Part shown: positions 19,284-29,615 of the stretch, in pieces | Numbering within the stretch: position 1 is the stretch's first letter | How the letters are laid out: the number at the start of each line of letters is the position of its first letter | Origin: an uncultured Verrucomicrobiae bacterium | GTDB lineage: Bacteria; Verrucomicrobiota; Verrucomicrobiia; Chthoniobacterales; Chthoniobacteraceae | Length of the DNA: 64,000 nucleotides | Assembly: GCA_963836755.1 (NCBI GenBank) | Contig: CAWIKF010000002.1 | Span: forward strand, 1,600,001 to 1,664,000 | Reading direction: 5' to 3' | Made by a program: the position numbers and the translations under genes | Notes under the pieces: generated by a model | What the model was told of the DNA's origin: nothing | Databases searched by the model: none | Seen by the model: only the letters and a program-made list of their open reading frames with translations

Positions 19284-20384
19284 ATGAAGATTCTCGACCG
19301 CTACGTCAGCAAGGAAATTTTGCTGACCGCGTCATTCGCAATCGCGGTGCTGAGCCTCGTGCTCGTGCTCGGAAACATTTTCAAGCAACTGCTCGACCTG
19401 CTCGTCAACCACGACGTCCCGATCGAATACATCCTCAGTTTCATCGCCTACATTTTGCCGTTTTCGCTTACCTTCACGATCCCGTGGGGCTTTCTCACCG
19501 CGACGCTTTTGGTCTTCGGAAAAATGTCCGCCGAGAATGAATTGATCGCGCTGCGCGCAACGGGCATCAGCGTTCCGCGCGTTTGCTATCCGGTTTTCGC
19601 GCTCGCGCTGGTCGCGTCCGGGATCTGCCTTTGGATCAATGTCGACGTCGCGCCGCGTGCGCAGGAGCAAATGAAGGCCGCGCTTTTCCACATCGCCACC
19701 AGCAATCCGATCGCGATGTTCGGCAGCGACCAGGTGATTGACGAATTTCCGGGCAAGAAGATTTACGTTGAGAAGAAAGAGGGAGCGGAGTTGGAGAACA
19801 TCCTGATGTATGACCTCGACGAAAAAAACGATCCGTTGTCGGTTGTTCACGCGCAGCGGGGCTGGCTGCAAACGGATCTCTCGAGCGAGCAGCGCATCAT
19901 TTTGCATCTGACCGAAGCGCGATACGAGCAACATGACCGGCAGGAGCCAAACAACTTGATGAAAATCCGGCAGGGGATCTCGATGGATAAAATCGACCTA
20001 CCAATCTCGCTAAAGGAGCTTTACGAAAAAAACAAACGTCGGCGCGGACTCAGCCAGATGACAGTTCAGGAGCTGATGAAAAATCCGGACCGCGACCACA
20101 AGACGGCCGCGCGGACCGAGATCAATAAACGCTTTTCATTCTCGCTCGCGTCGCTCGCGTTCGCACTCATCGGCGTGCCGCTCGCGATCACCGCGCATCG
20201 CAAGGAAACGTCGATTGGATTTCTTTTCAGCCTCATCATCGCGTTCATTTATTTCTTTTTCATCATCGTCGCCGACACGGTGCATGACAATCCGAAGGCG
20301 CACCCGTCGCTGCTGATCTGGATGCCGAACATCATTTTCATGGCGCTCGGCGGCTGGCTTTTTCTCCGCTTGAGCAAAAGATAG
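19284..20384 (+). CDS. LPS export ABC transporter permease LptF/LptG family
   Basis: MKILDRYV start, multiple TM helices, SAENELIALRATGIS and IGVPLA. Confidence 0.9.
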   Translation: MKILDRYVSKEILLTASFAIAVLSLVLVLGNIFKQLLDLLVNHDVPIEYILSFIAYILPFSLTFTIPWGFLTATLLVFGKMSAENELIALRATGISVPRVCYPVFALALVASGICLWINVDVAPRAQEQMKAALFHIATSNPIAMFGSDQVIDEFPGKKIYVEKKEGAELENILMYDLDEKNDPLSVVHAQRGWLQTDLSSEQRIILHLTEARYEQHDRQEPNNLMKIRQGISMDKIDLPISLKELYEKNKRRRGLSQMTVQELMKNPDRDHKTAARTEINKRFSFSLASLAFALIGVPLAITAHRKETSIGFLFSLIIAFIYFFFIIVADTVHDNPKAHPSLLIWMPNIIFMALGGWLFLRLSKR

Positions 20385-20390
20385 CGCGGG

Positions 20391-21791
20391 CTATTTCGAC
20401 TGCTCGACGAGCTCGATCAAAGTCCGCACACCGAAGCCCGTCGCGCCGCGCGCGAGGTCGCCGCGAGCTTTTGTGATGTTTGCAACCAGCGCGATGTCGA
20501 GATGCGCCCACGGAGTTTCGCGCGCGAAAGTTTTCAAAAACGCAGCAGCCGTGCACGCGCCGCCGAGTCGCCCGCCGCTGTTCTTGATGAGCGCGACGTC
20601 GCTTTGGATTTGGTCAAAGTATTCGTCATAAAGCGGCATCGGCCAGAGCCGCTCGCCAGTTTTTTCGGATGCGGCGAGCAACGAATTTTTTAAAACGTTG
20701 GACGTGCTCCAAAGGCCGGCGGCGTATTCCCCGAGAGCGACGCCGCATGCGCCAGTGAGCGTCGCCACATCGATGATTGCCGATGCGTGCAAATTTTGAC
20801 GCGCGTAAGCGATCGCGTCTGCGAGCACGACGCGGCCTTCGGCGTCCGTATTCACAATCTCGATATGCGTGCCGTCGTAAGTCGTGACGACGTCGCCGGG
20901 CCGATACGCAGCCGCGCCTGGCATATTTTCCGCGCTCGCGATTACGCCGATCACATTGCGTTTGATTTTCAACCGCGCGATTCCCGCCATCGCGCCGAGC
21001 ACCGCCATGCCGCCGCTTTTGTCGAAAATCATTTCCTCCATGTTCGCCGCCGGCTTGATCGAAATGCCGCCGGTATCGAACGTGATCGCCTTGCCGACCA
21101 GCGCGATCGGCTTCTGCTTTGCCGGACCGCCGCGATGCTCGAGCAAAATAAGCCGCGGCGGTTTTTGGCTCCCGGCGCCGACTGCGAGGATGCCGCCAAA
21201 GTTTTCCGCGCGCAGTTTCATTTCATCGAAAACCGTCACGCGCAATTTTTCGCGGCTGCCAAGTTTCTGCGCCACGCCGGCGAGCGCTTCGGGGAACAAA
21301 ACATTTCCGGGCTCGTTGCAAATTCCGCGTGCGAAATTGGTCGCAGTCGCGAGAATTTCTCCGCGAATGGCCGCGCGTTTTGCTGCGGGCACATCGGCCG
21401 CGAAACAGCGCAGCGACTGCATCGTGGGCGTTTTGGTCTCCTTAAACTTTTCGAAACGATAGTCCGCAAGCACTGCTCCCTCGATCGCCGGCTCGATGAA
21501 TTTTCGCCACGGCGAAAGATCAAACGCTGCACGTGTCCGTCCCGCTTTCTTCAAATGCATGATCGCCGTTCCTGCCGCTGAACGGATTGTCTGCGCGTTG
21601 ATTTTTGACGCGCTTCCGAGCCCGACGCAGACAAGGTTTTCGTGATGCAGATGCAGCAGTGAATTCGGCGCGCCTGTCCATTCGCGCTGTGAAATCGCGA
21701 GCGGAATTTCCGCGCGCTGATCAGCGGATAAAAAACGGACGAGTGTTTCGCCGCGCGCGATCGACTGCTTCGCGGCGAACGTGATCCTCAC
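20391..21791 (-). CDS. pepA: Leucyl aminopeptidase (M17)
   Basis: VGKAITFDTGGISIKP, NTDAEGRVVLAD, ATLTGA and WAHLDIA motifs. Confidence 0.95.
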   Translation of the reverse strand: MRITFAAKQSIARGETLVRFLSADQRAEIPLAISQREWTGAPNSLLHLHHENLVCVGLGSASKINAQTIRSAAGTAIMHLKKAGRTRAAFDLSPWRKFIEPAIEGAVLADYRFEKFKETKTPTMQSLRCFAADVPAAKRAAIRGEILATATNFARGICNEPGNVLFPEALAGVAQKLGSREKLRVTVFDEMKLRAENFGGILAVGAGSQKPPRLILLEHRGGPAKQKPIALVGKAITFDTGGISIKPAANMEEMIFDKSGGMAVLGAMAGIARLKIKRNVIGVIASAENMPGAAAYRPGDVVTTYDGTHIEIVNTDAEGRVVLADAIAYARQNLHASAIIDVATLTGACGVALGEYAAGLWSTSNVLKNSLLAASEKTGERLWPMPLYDEYFDQIQSDVALIKNSGGRLGGACTAAAFLKTFARETPWAHLDIALVANITKARGDLARGATGFGVRTLIELVEQSK

Positions 21792-23383
21792 AACTCAATC
21801 ACACGCGCCGTGCGAATGTCCGGCACGGCGAGCAACTTTTCCATCAACGCCGGTTGTGGCGCGGTGTCGAGATTGAGCACCGTCAGCGCTTCGCCGCCGA
21901 CCGTGTCCCGGCTCAACGACATGCCGGCAATGTTTAAATGATGATCGCCCATCATCGTCCCGATGCGGCCGACGATGCCGGGACAGTCGCGATTTTCGAG
22001 CAGCAGAATCACGCCGCTCGGCGTTGCCTCGACCATGCGGCTGTTCACGCGCACGATGCGCGGTTCGTTTTTCGCACCGAAAAATGTGCCGGCGACCGAC
22101 GTCTTGGATTCGCCGCTGAAAGCCGCGACGTGCAGCCATTCGTTGAAATCGGTCTGCTCGCTCGATTTGATTTCCTCGATTGCCAAGCCAAGCGAAACCG
22201 CCATCGCGCGAACGTTGACGCTGTTGACCTCGTCGCCGCCGGCCGATTTCAAAAAGCCGGTGAGCACCGCGCGCGTGATCGCGTCTGACGGCAACTCGGT
22301 GGCTTTGCCGCCGTAGGTAATGACGATGCGATCGTTGCGTTTCGGCGCGAGCTGCGCGACGAAGCGGCCAAGTTTGTCGCCGAGCGCGAGATATGGTTTC
22401 ACGAGCTCAAAAGTTTTCGCGTCGATGCTTGGCATGTTCACTGCGTTGCGGATTTCGCCGTTGAGCAGTGCCGCGCGAATCGCGCGCGCGATTTCGATGC
22501 CGACACTTTCCTGCGCCTCGGCCGTGGATGCGCCGAGATGCGGTGTCAAAACAATGTTCGGCAAGTCGCGCAGCGGAAAATCCGCGGGCGGCGGTTCCTG
22601 TTCGTAAACATCGAGCGCGGCCGCCGCGACCTGACCGCTTTTCAACGCCTCGGCGAGCGCATTTTCCTCAATCAATCCACCGCGCGCGCAATTGATCAGC
22701 CGCACGCCGCGCTTCATTTTCGCGATCCGCTCAGCATTGAGCATGTGATGCGTCTCGGGCGTCGACGGCATGTGCAGCGTGATGAAATCCGCGCGTGGAA
22801 AAATTTCATCGAGCTCCTCGACCAGCTCGACTTGCAGGCTGCGCGCGCGCGACGCCGAAAGATACGGATCGTAAGCGAGCACGCGCATTCCAAACGCCAT
22901 CGCGCGTCGCGCGACTTCGGCGCCGATGCGGCCCATGCCGAGGATTGCGAGCGTCTTATTATAGAGCTCGACGCCCTCAAATTTTTTTCGGTCCCATTTG
23001 CCGGCCTTCATCGTCGCGTGCGCCTGCGGGATGTGGCGCGCGAGCGAGACGAGCAGGGAAAATGCGTGCTCTGCCGTTGAAATCGTATTTCCGTCCGGCG
23101 TGTTCATCACGATGATGCCGCGCCGCGTGGCCGCTTCGACATCGACGTTGTCCACGCCGACTCCCGCGCGGCCGATCACTTTTAAATGTGTCGCGGCGGC
23201 AATCAATTTCGCGGTTGCTTTCGTTTGGCTGCGAACGACGAGCGCCGAAAATTCCGGGATGATGGCGATGAGCTCATCTTCCTTCAGGCCGGTTTTGACT
23301 GTGACATCGAGCTCGCCGTTGCCGCGCAATTCATTGACTCCACTTTCGGAAACGGGATCGGCGACGAGAACTTTTGGAACCAT
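21788..23383 (-). CDS. serA: D-3-phosphoglycerate dehydrogenase
   Basis: GRAGVGVDNVD, GMGRIG, INCARGG and TPHLGAST motifs, plus ASB and ACT domains. Confidence 0.96.
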   Translation of the reverse strand: MVPKVLVADPVSESGVNELRGNGELDVTVKTGLKEDELIAIIPEFSALVVRSQTKATAKLIAAATHLKVIGRAGVGVDNVDVEAATRRGIIVMNTPDGNTISTAEHAFSLLVSLARHIPQAHATMKAGKWDRKKFEGVELYNKTLAILGMGRIGAEVARRAMAFGMRVLAYDPYLSASRARSLQVELVEELDEIFPRADFITLHMPSTPETHHMLNAERIAKMKRGVRLINCARGGLIEENALAEALKSGQVAAAALDVYEQEPPPADFPLRDLPNIVLTPHLGASTAEAQESVGIEIARAIRAALLNGEIRNAVNMPSIDAKTFELVKPYLALGDKLGRFVAQLAPKRNDRIVITYGGKATELPSDAITRAVLTGFLKSAGGDEVNSVNVRAMAVSLGLAIEEIKSSEQTDFNEWLHVAAFSGESKTSVAGTFFGAKNEPRIVRVNSRMVEATPSGVILLLENRDCPGIVGRIGTMMGDHHLNIAGMSLSRDTVGGEALTVLNLDTAPQPALMEKLLAVPDIRTARVIEL

Positions 23384-23446
23384 AAGGAAAAGCGCGGAAG
23401 CTTGGCGGCGAATGTCCGGAGCGACAAGTTTTATGTCGCGCCGAAA

Positions 23447-24973
23447 CTACGGCGCAGTGATTTCGCGGACGTAAACGTTGATCTGTCCATCGGCACCGCG
23501 GCGCACATCGGTCACTTGAAACGGCCGCGACTCATCGCGCGAAAGCGACGCGCCCTCGGTCGGCGGTTGCGCGCCAGTCGGATATTCCACGATTACGCGC
23601 GTCGCGCCTTGCCCCGTTCGGCTGGCATTGATGCTGCCTTGCGGGCGCAGCACCGCGCGATTTTCACCCGATGCCGTCACTACGAAATTTCCCTGGAGGT
23701 AAAGTCGCTCGCCGCTCATGCCGCGGTCGGCAAGTTGGGGCGCATCCGCCGTTCCCATCATGCGCCCGCGCGGCATCTGGCCCGCCGGATAAACGCGCCA
23801 GCTTCCGCCGGAACTTTGCGCGAGATTTGGCGCGGGCGCGGATTGGAGGAATGGCGTGAGCGGCACGCCCTGCGGCGAAAGTGCACGCAGCGGCGTGGCG
23901 ACGGGGACCGACTCCGGCGTGGATCGCGCGATGCGCGGAGGCACGTTCATCGCCGTGGTGATCGGCGGAGTCGGCTCAGCCTTTGCAATGACCGGCGGCG
24001 TCGGAACCTCCGTTGCAATGACCGGAGTCGGAGCAACCTTCCCATTTTTGGCGAGGCGTTTCGGCGTTGGCGATGCGACGGGCATGTCGGGCAACGGCCC
24101 GGAATCTGCGCGCACGAGCTCCGCTGGGGCGGGCGTCGGCGCGGCAGTTGAATCCGGCCCCGGCGGGGGAGCGAGCGCGGTCTCCGGCGCGATTTTGCCT
24201 TTGAAATCGGCGTAAACTTTTAGCGCCTCTTGCATCTGGTTCGACTTCACGATCGGCAGCCCCGCTTGCAGATTTAACTCCGTCGGCGGCTCGAGCATGA
24301 AAGTTCCCGAGCCCTGCTTCAGCGTGTAGCTGCCGTAAAGCAGCGGCACAACGGTGAACTGAAAACTCCCGTTAAACAAACGCTCGATGTGGACAACCGC
24401 CGCAAGATCGAGCGTTTTCTCCAGTTTCACGTCGAGCCCTGTCTGGAGCATGTTCAGCAACGTCGGCACGTTTTTTTGATCCGCCGTGTAAACATGCTCA
24501 ACGATGGTCTGCGGATAATCGACCGAGCTCGCGACGGCCACGACGCCCGACGGAAACAGATCGGAATTTTTCAGTGGATAACTGTCGAGAATGTTGAAGC
24601 GGCCGATGACATACGGCACCAGTTTTTTCGTCTCCTGATAATTGCTGATGTAATTGCGCAGCAGCTCGTCGTTCTCGTTTTGCAACTGCAGCCGCGAAAA
24701 AGTGGAGTAGCGCTCGTAAAGTTTTTGCGCCGTCAAAAACTCGCCCGGCGGCGCGGCCGTGATCTCAAAGCGCTTCGGCGGATCGACCTTGTGAAGCTTC
24801 TTTAAAATCTTGTAGCTCTCCGGTTTTTCCGGATGGCCGAAGATGTAAAAGCTGCCGAGCCAGCACGCGAGCGTGAAGCCGATCAGCAGCAAAATAAAAA
24901 CCGTCCACGCGAACAGATAGTTGTGCCGTCGCGGCGCGGTATCCGGGTCGCGCTTAAAAAAATCGTCGTCCAT
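23447..24973 (-). CDS. Hypothetical membrane-anchored protein with Pro-rich linker
   Basis: 508 aa with a single N-terminal TM helix and two globular regions joined by a Pro/Thr/Ala-rich linker. Confidence 0.75.
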   Translation of the reverse strand: MDDDFFKRDPDTAPRRHNYLFAWTVFILLLIGFTLACWLGSFYIFGHPEKPESYKILKKLHKVDPPKRFEITAAPPGEFLTAQKLYERYSTFSRLQLQNENDELLRNYISNYQETKKLVPYVIGRFNILDSYPLKNSDLFPSGVVAVASSVDYPQTIVEHVYTADQKNVPTLLNMLQTGLDVKLEKTLDLAAVVHIERLFNGSFQFTVVPLLYGSYTLKQGSGTFMLEPPTELNLQAGLPIVKSNQMQEALKVYADFKGKIAPETALAPPPGPDSTAAPTPAPAELVRADSGPLPDMPVASPTPKRLAKNGKVAPTPVIATEVPTPPVIAKAEPTPPITTAMNVPPRIARSTPESVPVATPLRALSPQGVPLTPFLQSAPAPNLAQSSGGSWRVYPAGQMPRGRMMGTADAPQLADRGMSGERLYLQGNFVVTASGENRAVLRPQGSINASRTGQGATRVIVEYPTGAQPPTEGASLSRDESRPFQVTDVRRGADGQINVYVREITAP

Positions 24974-25011
24974 TTTTCTCGAAAATTCCCGCGCGACCGC
25001 GCGAGCTGATG

Positions 25012-25353
25012 CTAATGCTGATGCGCTTCGCCAGACTCAAAGGAAGTGCCGCAGCCGCAACTGCGCACCGCGTTTGGATTATTGATGCGGAAGCCCGAGC
25101 CGCTCAACTCATCCGAGAAATCGATGGTCGAGCCGTTGAGATATTTCGCGCTCGATTCATCCACCAAAACCTGCACGCCTTCGCGCTCCACGATCTCGTC
25201 GCCATCCTTGCGCGCATCGAGCGTCATGCCGTATTGCATGCCCGCGCAGCCGCCGCTCTCGACATAGATGCGAAGGCCTTTGCCGGCGCTCTCGGGATTG
25301 CCCGCGAGCAAGGCTTGAAGCTGTTTGACGGCAGTATCAGTGACGTTGATCAT
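25012..25353 (-). CDS. Fe-S cluster assembly A-type carrier (HesB/IscA/ErpA family)
   Basis: GGCAGMQY and NPNAVRSCGCGTSF motifs. ATG at 25353. Confidence 0.93.
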   Translation of the reverse strand: MINVTDTAVKQLQALLAGNPESAGKGLRIYVESGGCAGMQYGMTLDARKDGDEIVEREGVQVLVDESSAKYLNGSTIDFSDELSGSGFRINNPNAVRSCGCGTSFESGEAHQH

Positions 25354-25467
25354 CGTGATCCGCAACGTATCCAAAGCGATGTTTGAAGTCAAACAAGCCA
25401 GCGCCGCGCAACCTCGGAAATCGAGATTCCGCCGCGCCTGTTTCGCGATCCGCCGCAACGATTTTTC

Positions 25468-27231
25468 ATGAGCCGCATTCAACTTTTGTCCGAGCAAGTC
25501 GCCAGCCAGGTCGCGGCGGGCGAGGTGATCGAACGGCCGGCGTCAGTTGTCAAAGAGTTGGTGGAAAACAGCATCGACGCCGGCGCGAAAAGAATCGAAG
25601 TCATGATTCGGCGCGGCGGCGCTTCGATGATCCGCGTGGTCGACGACGGCATCGGCATGGATCGCGACGATGCGCTCCTTTGTCTGGAAAGGCACGCGAC
25701 GAGCAAGATTCGCACGGGCGAGGATCTGGCGGCGATCGCGACGCTTGGGTTCCGCGGCGAGGCGCTGCCGAGCATCGCGAGCGTCTCCCGCTTTTGTTTA
25801 ACGACACGCGAACACTCTGCGCTGGCGGGAACCGAGGTCATCGTCAATGGCGGCAAAGTTGAACACGTTCGCGACGGCGGTGAAGCGCCGGGCACGCAAA
25901 TCGAAGTGCGCTCACTTTTTTACAACCTGCCCGCGCGCCGAAAATTTTTACGCACGGAAAATACGGAATCGAGCCACGTCGAGCATCAGCTTTATCTGCA
26001 AGCAATCGGCCATCCGCGCATCGGATTCGTCCTCGTGAATGACGAGCGCACCGTGCATCAACTTCCGGCGACGCCACATTTGCGCGACCGGATTCGCGAC
26101 TTGTGCGGAAATGCGCTGACGGAGGAATTGCTCGAGGTGAACGGCGCGAACCTTGACGCCATCAGCATTCGCGGGTTCATCGGCAAACCGGGCGTGAGCC
26201 GCTCGACGCGCGCGCAGCAAATCATTTTCATCAACGGCCGCGCTGTCGAGAACAGCACGATCAGCTTCGCACTGCGCGAGGGTTACCACACCGCGCTGAT
26301 GAAAGGGCAGTATCCGGTCACGTTTTTGTTCATCGAAATGGACCCGGCCACCGTTGATGTGAACGTGCATCCGGCAAAGCGCGAAGTCCGTTTCCGCGAA
26401 AGCGCGAGCGTGCGCGAGGCGGTCGTCGAAGCGGTGCGGCGCACGATCGAAGCCGGGCGCAGCGATTGGTCGCGGACTTTTGTCCCCGCGCCTTCGCCGC
26501 CGTTCGCGCCACCGCCGGAAACGCCGGCGCTCATCGAGCCGCGCGAGCAGATCGCGTTGCGTCGCGATTGGTCGGCGCTCCCGCTTCAGCCGGCAATCGG
26601 CTTTAGCACTGAATCGGCGCCAACTTTCCCCGAATCAAAAAAAGAAGCGCGTGATGATTTTCGCATTCTCGGCGTGCTGGGAAAACTTTACGTGCTGATG
26701 GAAAACCAAGGCGGACTCGTGCTCGTGGACCAGCACGCCGCACACGAGCGAATTTTGTTCGAGGAATTGCGCCGGCGGATGGAAGAGCAGGGAGTTCCCG
26801 CGCAGCGGTTGCTCATGCCGCTCACGATCCAACTCGCGCCGCGCGATGCGGATTGGATCGCACAAAATTTGCCGACGCTGCATAAAATGGGCATCGGCAT
26901 CGAAGCGTTCGGCGCGGGCACATGGAAAATCGACACGCTCCCGCAGTTCATCCGCGCCACCGATCCGTTGCCGCTGTTGCGCGACATCATTGACGAGCTG
27001 CGTCAAACAAGCGTCAACACCTCGAAACTCCGTCTCGGCGAAGATGTGATCGCGACGACCGTCTGCCGGCACGCGGTGAAGGCAAACGATTTTCTGCGCG
27101 AGCCCGAGCTGGTGCGGCTGATCCAGGATTTGCTCGCGTGTGAGCTCCCGTATTGTTGCCCGCATGGCCGCCCGACGATGATCCAGATTTCCTACGCGGA
27201 GCTGGAGAAAAAATTCGGTCGCAAAACCTAA
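25468..27231 (+). CDS. mutL: DNA mismatch repair endonuclease MutL
   Basis: AAGEVIERPASVVKELVENSIDAGA, GFRGEAL, DVNVHPAK, DQHAAHER and CPHGRP motifs. Confidence 0.97.
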   Translation: MSRIQLLSEQVASQVAAGEVIERPASVVKELVENSIDAGAKRIEVMIRRGGASMIRVVDDGIGMDRDDALLCLERHATSKIRTGEDLAAIATLGFRGEALPSIASVSRFCLTTREHSALAGTEVIVNGGKVEHVRDGGEAPGTQIEVRSLFYNLPARRKFLRTENTESSHVEHQLYLQAIGHPRIGFVLVNDERTVHQLPATPHLRDRIRDLCGNALTEELLEVNGANLDAISIRGFIGKPGVSRSTRAQQIIFINGRAVENSTISFALREGYHTALMKGQYPVTFLFIEMDPATVDVNVHPAKREVRFRESASVREAVVEAVRRTIEAGRSDWSRTFVPAPSPPFAPPPETPALIEPREQIALRRDWSALPLQPAIGFSTESAPTFPESKKEARDDFRILGVLGKLYVLMENQGGLVLVDQHAAHERILFEELRRRMEEQGVPAQRLLMPLTIQLAPRDADWIAQNLPTLHKMGIGIEAFGAGTWKIDTLPQFIRATDPLPLLRDIIDELRQTSVNTSKLRLGEDVIATTVCRHAVKANDFLREPELVRLIQDLLACELPYCCPHGRPTMIQISYAELEKKFGRKT

Positions 27232-27259
27232 CTGGCGCTGCTGAATTGAACACCTTTTT

Positions 27260-28798
27260 ATGAGCCAGCCACAAGCCGCCCCCGAACGCATGGAAAAAAT
27301 CGTCAGCCTGTGCAAACGGCGCGGCTTCATTTTCCAGTCGAGCGAGATCTACGGCGGGCTCAACGGCTTCTGGGATTACGGCCCGCTCGGTGTCGAGTTG
27401 CGGAGAAACATTCGCGACCGCTGGTGGGATGACATGGTGCGCAATCGCGAAGATGTGGTCGGTCTCGAGTCGTCAATCATCATGCACCCGAAAGTTTGGG
27501 AAGCATCGGGACACGTCGGCGGCTTCACCGATCCGATGGTCGATTGCAAAGTCAGCAAGCAGCGTTTTCGCGCCGATCAGCTTTTTTTTGCTCCGGTCGA
27601 GATCGATGGAAAGATCGCCGGCTACGTGAGCGCGCTGGAAAGCGACAATACCCTCGGTGAGTTGCAGGAAAAAGCGGAGACGTTCAAACGCAAGCGCGCG
27701 CTTCAAGGAAAACTCGAACCGGTTCAACTGCGCGAATTTACCGAAGCGACGCCTGAAGAAATCCCGCTGATCCCTTCGCCCGCGACCGGCGAGTCCGGTA
27801 GTCTCACGCCGCCGCGCGCCTTTAACATGATGCTCGAAACGAATGTCGGCGCGCTGCGTGACGCGTCGTCGGTCGCGTATCTGCGACCGGAAACCGCGCA
27901 GGGGATGTTCGTCGATTTCAAAGCGATCCTCGACACGGCCCGCGTGAAAATTCCCTTTGGCATCGCGCAAGTCGGCAAGTCTTTTCGCAACGAGATTACG
28001 CCGCGCAATTTCATTTTCCGCAGCCGCGAATTCGAGCAGATGGAAATGGAATTTTTCATCAGCGACACGGATGACTGGGCAAAATGGCATCGCTACTGGA
28101 TCGATTGGTGCCGCGACTGGCTTCTCTCCGTCGGCATTTCCGAGTCACTGCTCTCGGAATACAATCACCCGAAGGAAAAACTCTCGCATTACTCGAGGGG
28201 CACGACCGACATCATGTTCCACTATCCCTTCGGCGTGCAGGAACTCTGGGGTATCGCTGCACGCGGCAATTTCGATCTCTCGCAGCACGCGCAATTCAGC
28301 GGAACGCCGCTCGAATACTTCGACGAGGCAGCGAACCGAAAATACGTGCCGCACGTGATCGAGCCGGCCGTCGGCGTGGATCGCATCATGCTCGCGATTT
28401 TATGCTGCGCTTACGACGAGGAGGAGGTCGCGGACGACAAGGGAAAGAAGGAAACGCGCGTCGTGATGCGATTCCATCCGCGCGTCGCGCCGATCAAAGT
28501 CGGCGTGTTCCCGTTGCTCAAAAACAAGCCGGAGCTGGTGCAAAAAGCGGTCGAAGTCCGCGATCTTTTGCGTCCGCACATGAATGTTTTTTACGATGAA
28601 AGCGGCGCGATCGGGCGTCGTTATCGGCGGCAGGACGAGGCGGGGACGCCGTTTGGCATCACGATCGATTTTGAAACGCTCGGCGAAAAAGGAGACGAGC
28701 TGCGCGACACGGTCACGCTGCGGCATCGCGATTCGATGAAGCAGGAACGGGTAAAAATCAGCGAGCTGCTTGGGATTTTGCTGACGCAGGTGATGTGA
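27260..28798 (+). CDS. glyQS: Glycine--tRNA ligase (single-subunit, homodimeric type)
   Basis: KRRGFIFQSSEIYGG, YLRPETAQG, FRNEITPRNFIFRSREFEQME and IGRRYRRQDE motifs. Confidence 0.96.
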   Translation: MSQPQAAPERMEKIVSLCKRRGFIFQSSEIYGGLNGFWDYGPLGVELRRNIRDRWWDDMVRNREDVVGLESSIIMHPKVWEASGHVGGFTDPMVDCKVSKQRFRADQLFFAPVEIDGKIAGYVSALESDNTLGELQEKAETFKRKRALQGKLEPVQLREFTEATPEEIPLIPSPATGESGSLTPPRAFNMMLETNVGALRDASSVAYLRPETAQGMFVDFKAILDTARVKIPFGIAQVGKSFRNEITPRNFIFRSREFEQMEMEFFISDTDDWAKWHRYWIDWCRDWLLSVGISESLLSEYNHPKEKLSHYSRGTTDIMFHYPFGVQELWGIAARGNFDLSQHAQFSGTPLEYFDEAANRKYVPHVIEPAVGVDRIMLAILCCAYDEEEVADDKGKKETRVVMRFHPRVAPIKVGVFPLLKNKPELVQKAVEVRDLLRPHMNVFYDESGAIGRRYRRQDEAGTPFGITIDFETLGEKGDELRDTVTLRHRDSMKQERVKISELLGILLTQVM

Positions 28799-28941
28799 GG
28801 GCAGGCGTCTTCCGAGCGGGTAAAAGTTCGGTTCCAGACTAAAGGCGATTTTGCCGCTCGAAAAGTCCGTCCACGGCGTCATCAACAACTTTGACGCGGG
28901 AAAATAGGGATCCGAATAACGACGCGCTCCGCTCCGTCGGA

Positions 28942-29607
28942 TTATTTCCGCAGCGAATCCGCGACGGCGTGGATGCAACTTTGCTGCCAGACCATCAGCG
29001 GGTGCGCGGCGACCCACATTTTCTTTTCTTCGCCAAAGGGCATTCGCGAGCTGCTCGCCGGGAAAATCATCAGGTCGAGCGGCGTCCAGAGCGTCGTGAA
29101 TTTGATGCGCTGAAGCATTTCGCCGTCGCTGTTCAGGTCCTTTAACAACGGGCTGCCCGGCCGCAATTGCGCCACGCCCGGCCAGCGGAAAAGCCCGGTG
29201 GGACAAAAGTCTGCGATGAGGGTCCCTTGCTCGGGGACGGAGATCGCGACGAAGCGATCGACGCGCGCCAGCCCGCCCATGCGTTGCAAATAATAACGGC
29301 TGACGATGCCGCCCATGCTGAAGCCGACGAGGTCAAAGTGCGCGCCGTGCGGAAGATTGGCGTCGATGAAAACGGCGAGCTGCCGCGCGAGTTCTTCGAT
29401 CCGCGCCTGACCCATGCTCGGCGTGAGCGCCGGCGTCAAAACTTTCCAGCCCTGCTTGCGGAGCACGCGCGCCATCGGCTGCATTTTTGCGGAAGTGTCC
29501 CTGAATCCGTGGATGAGGATGACCGGGTTGCGCGAATCGGCGCGTGCGCTCGCGGTGTGCACAGCGATAAAAATGAAGAAGAGCGCGCCGAGTTTCTGCG
29601 CACCCAT
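28942..29607 (-). CDS. Secreted lipase/esterase (alpha/beta hydrolase, LipA-like)
   Basis: Signal peptide, PVILIHG, GFSMG nucleophile elbow, D and H triad candidates. Confidence 0.88.
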   Translation of the reverse strand: MGAQKLGALFFIFIAVHTASARADSRNPVILIHGFRDTSAKMQPMARVLRKQGWKVLTPALTPSMGQARIEELARQLAVFIDANLPHGAHFDLVGFSMGGIVSRYYLQRMGGLARVDRFVAISVPEQGTLIADFCPTGLFRWPGVAQLRPGSPLLKDLNSDGEMLQRIKFTTLWTPLDLMIFPASSSRMPFGEEKKMWVAAHPLMVWQQSCIHAVADSLRK

Positions 29608-29615
29608 CCGACGTT

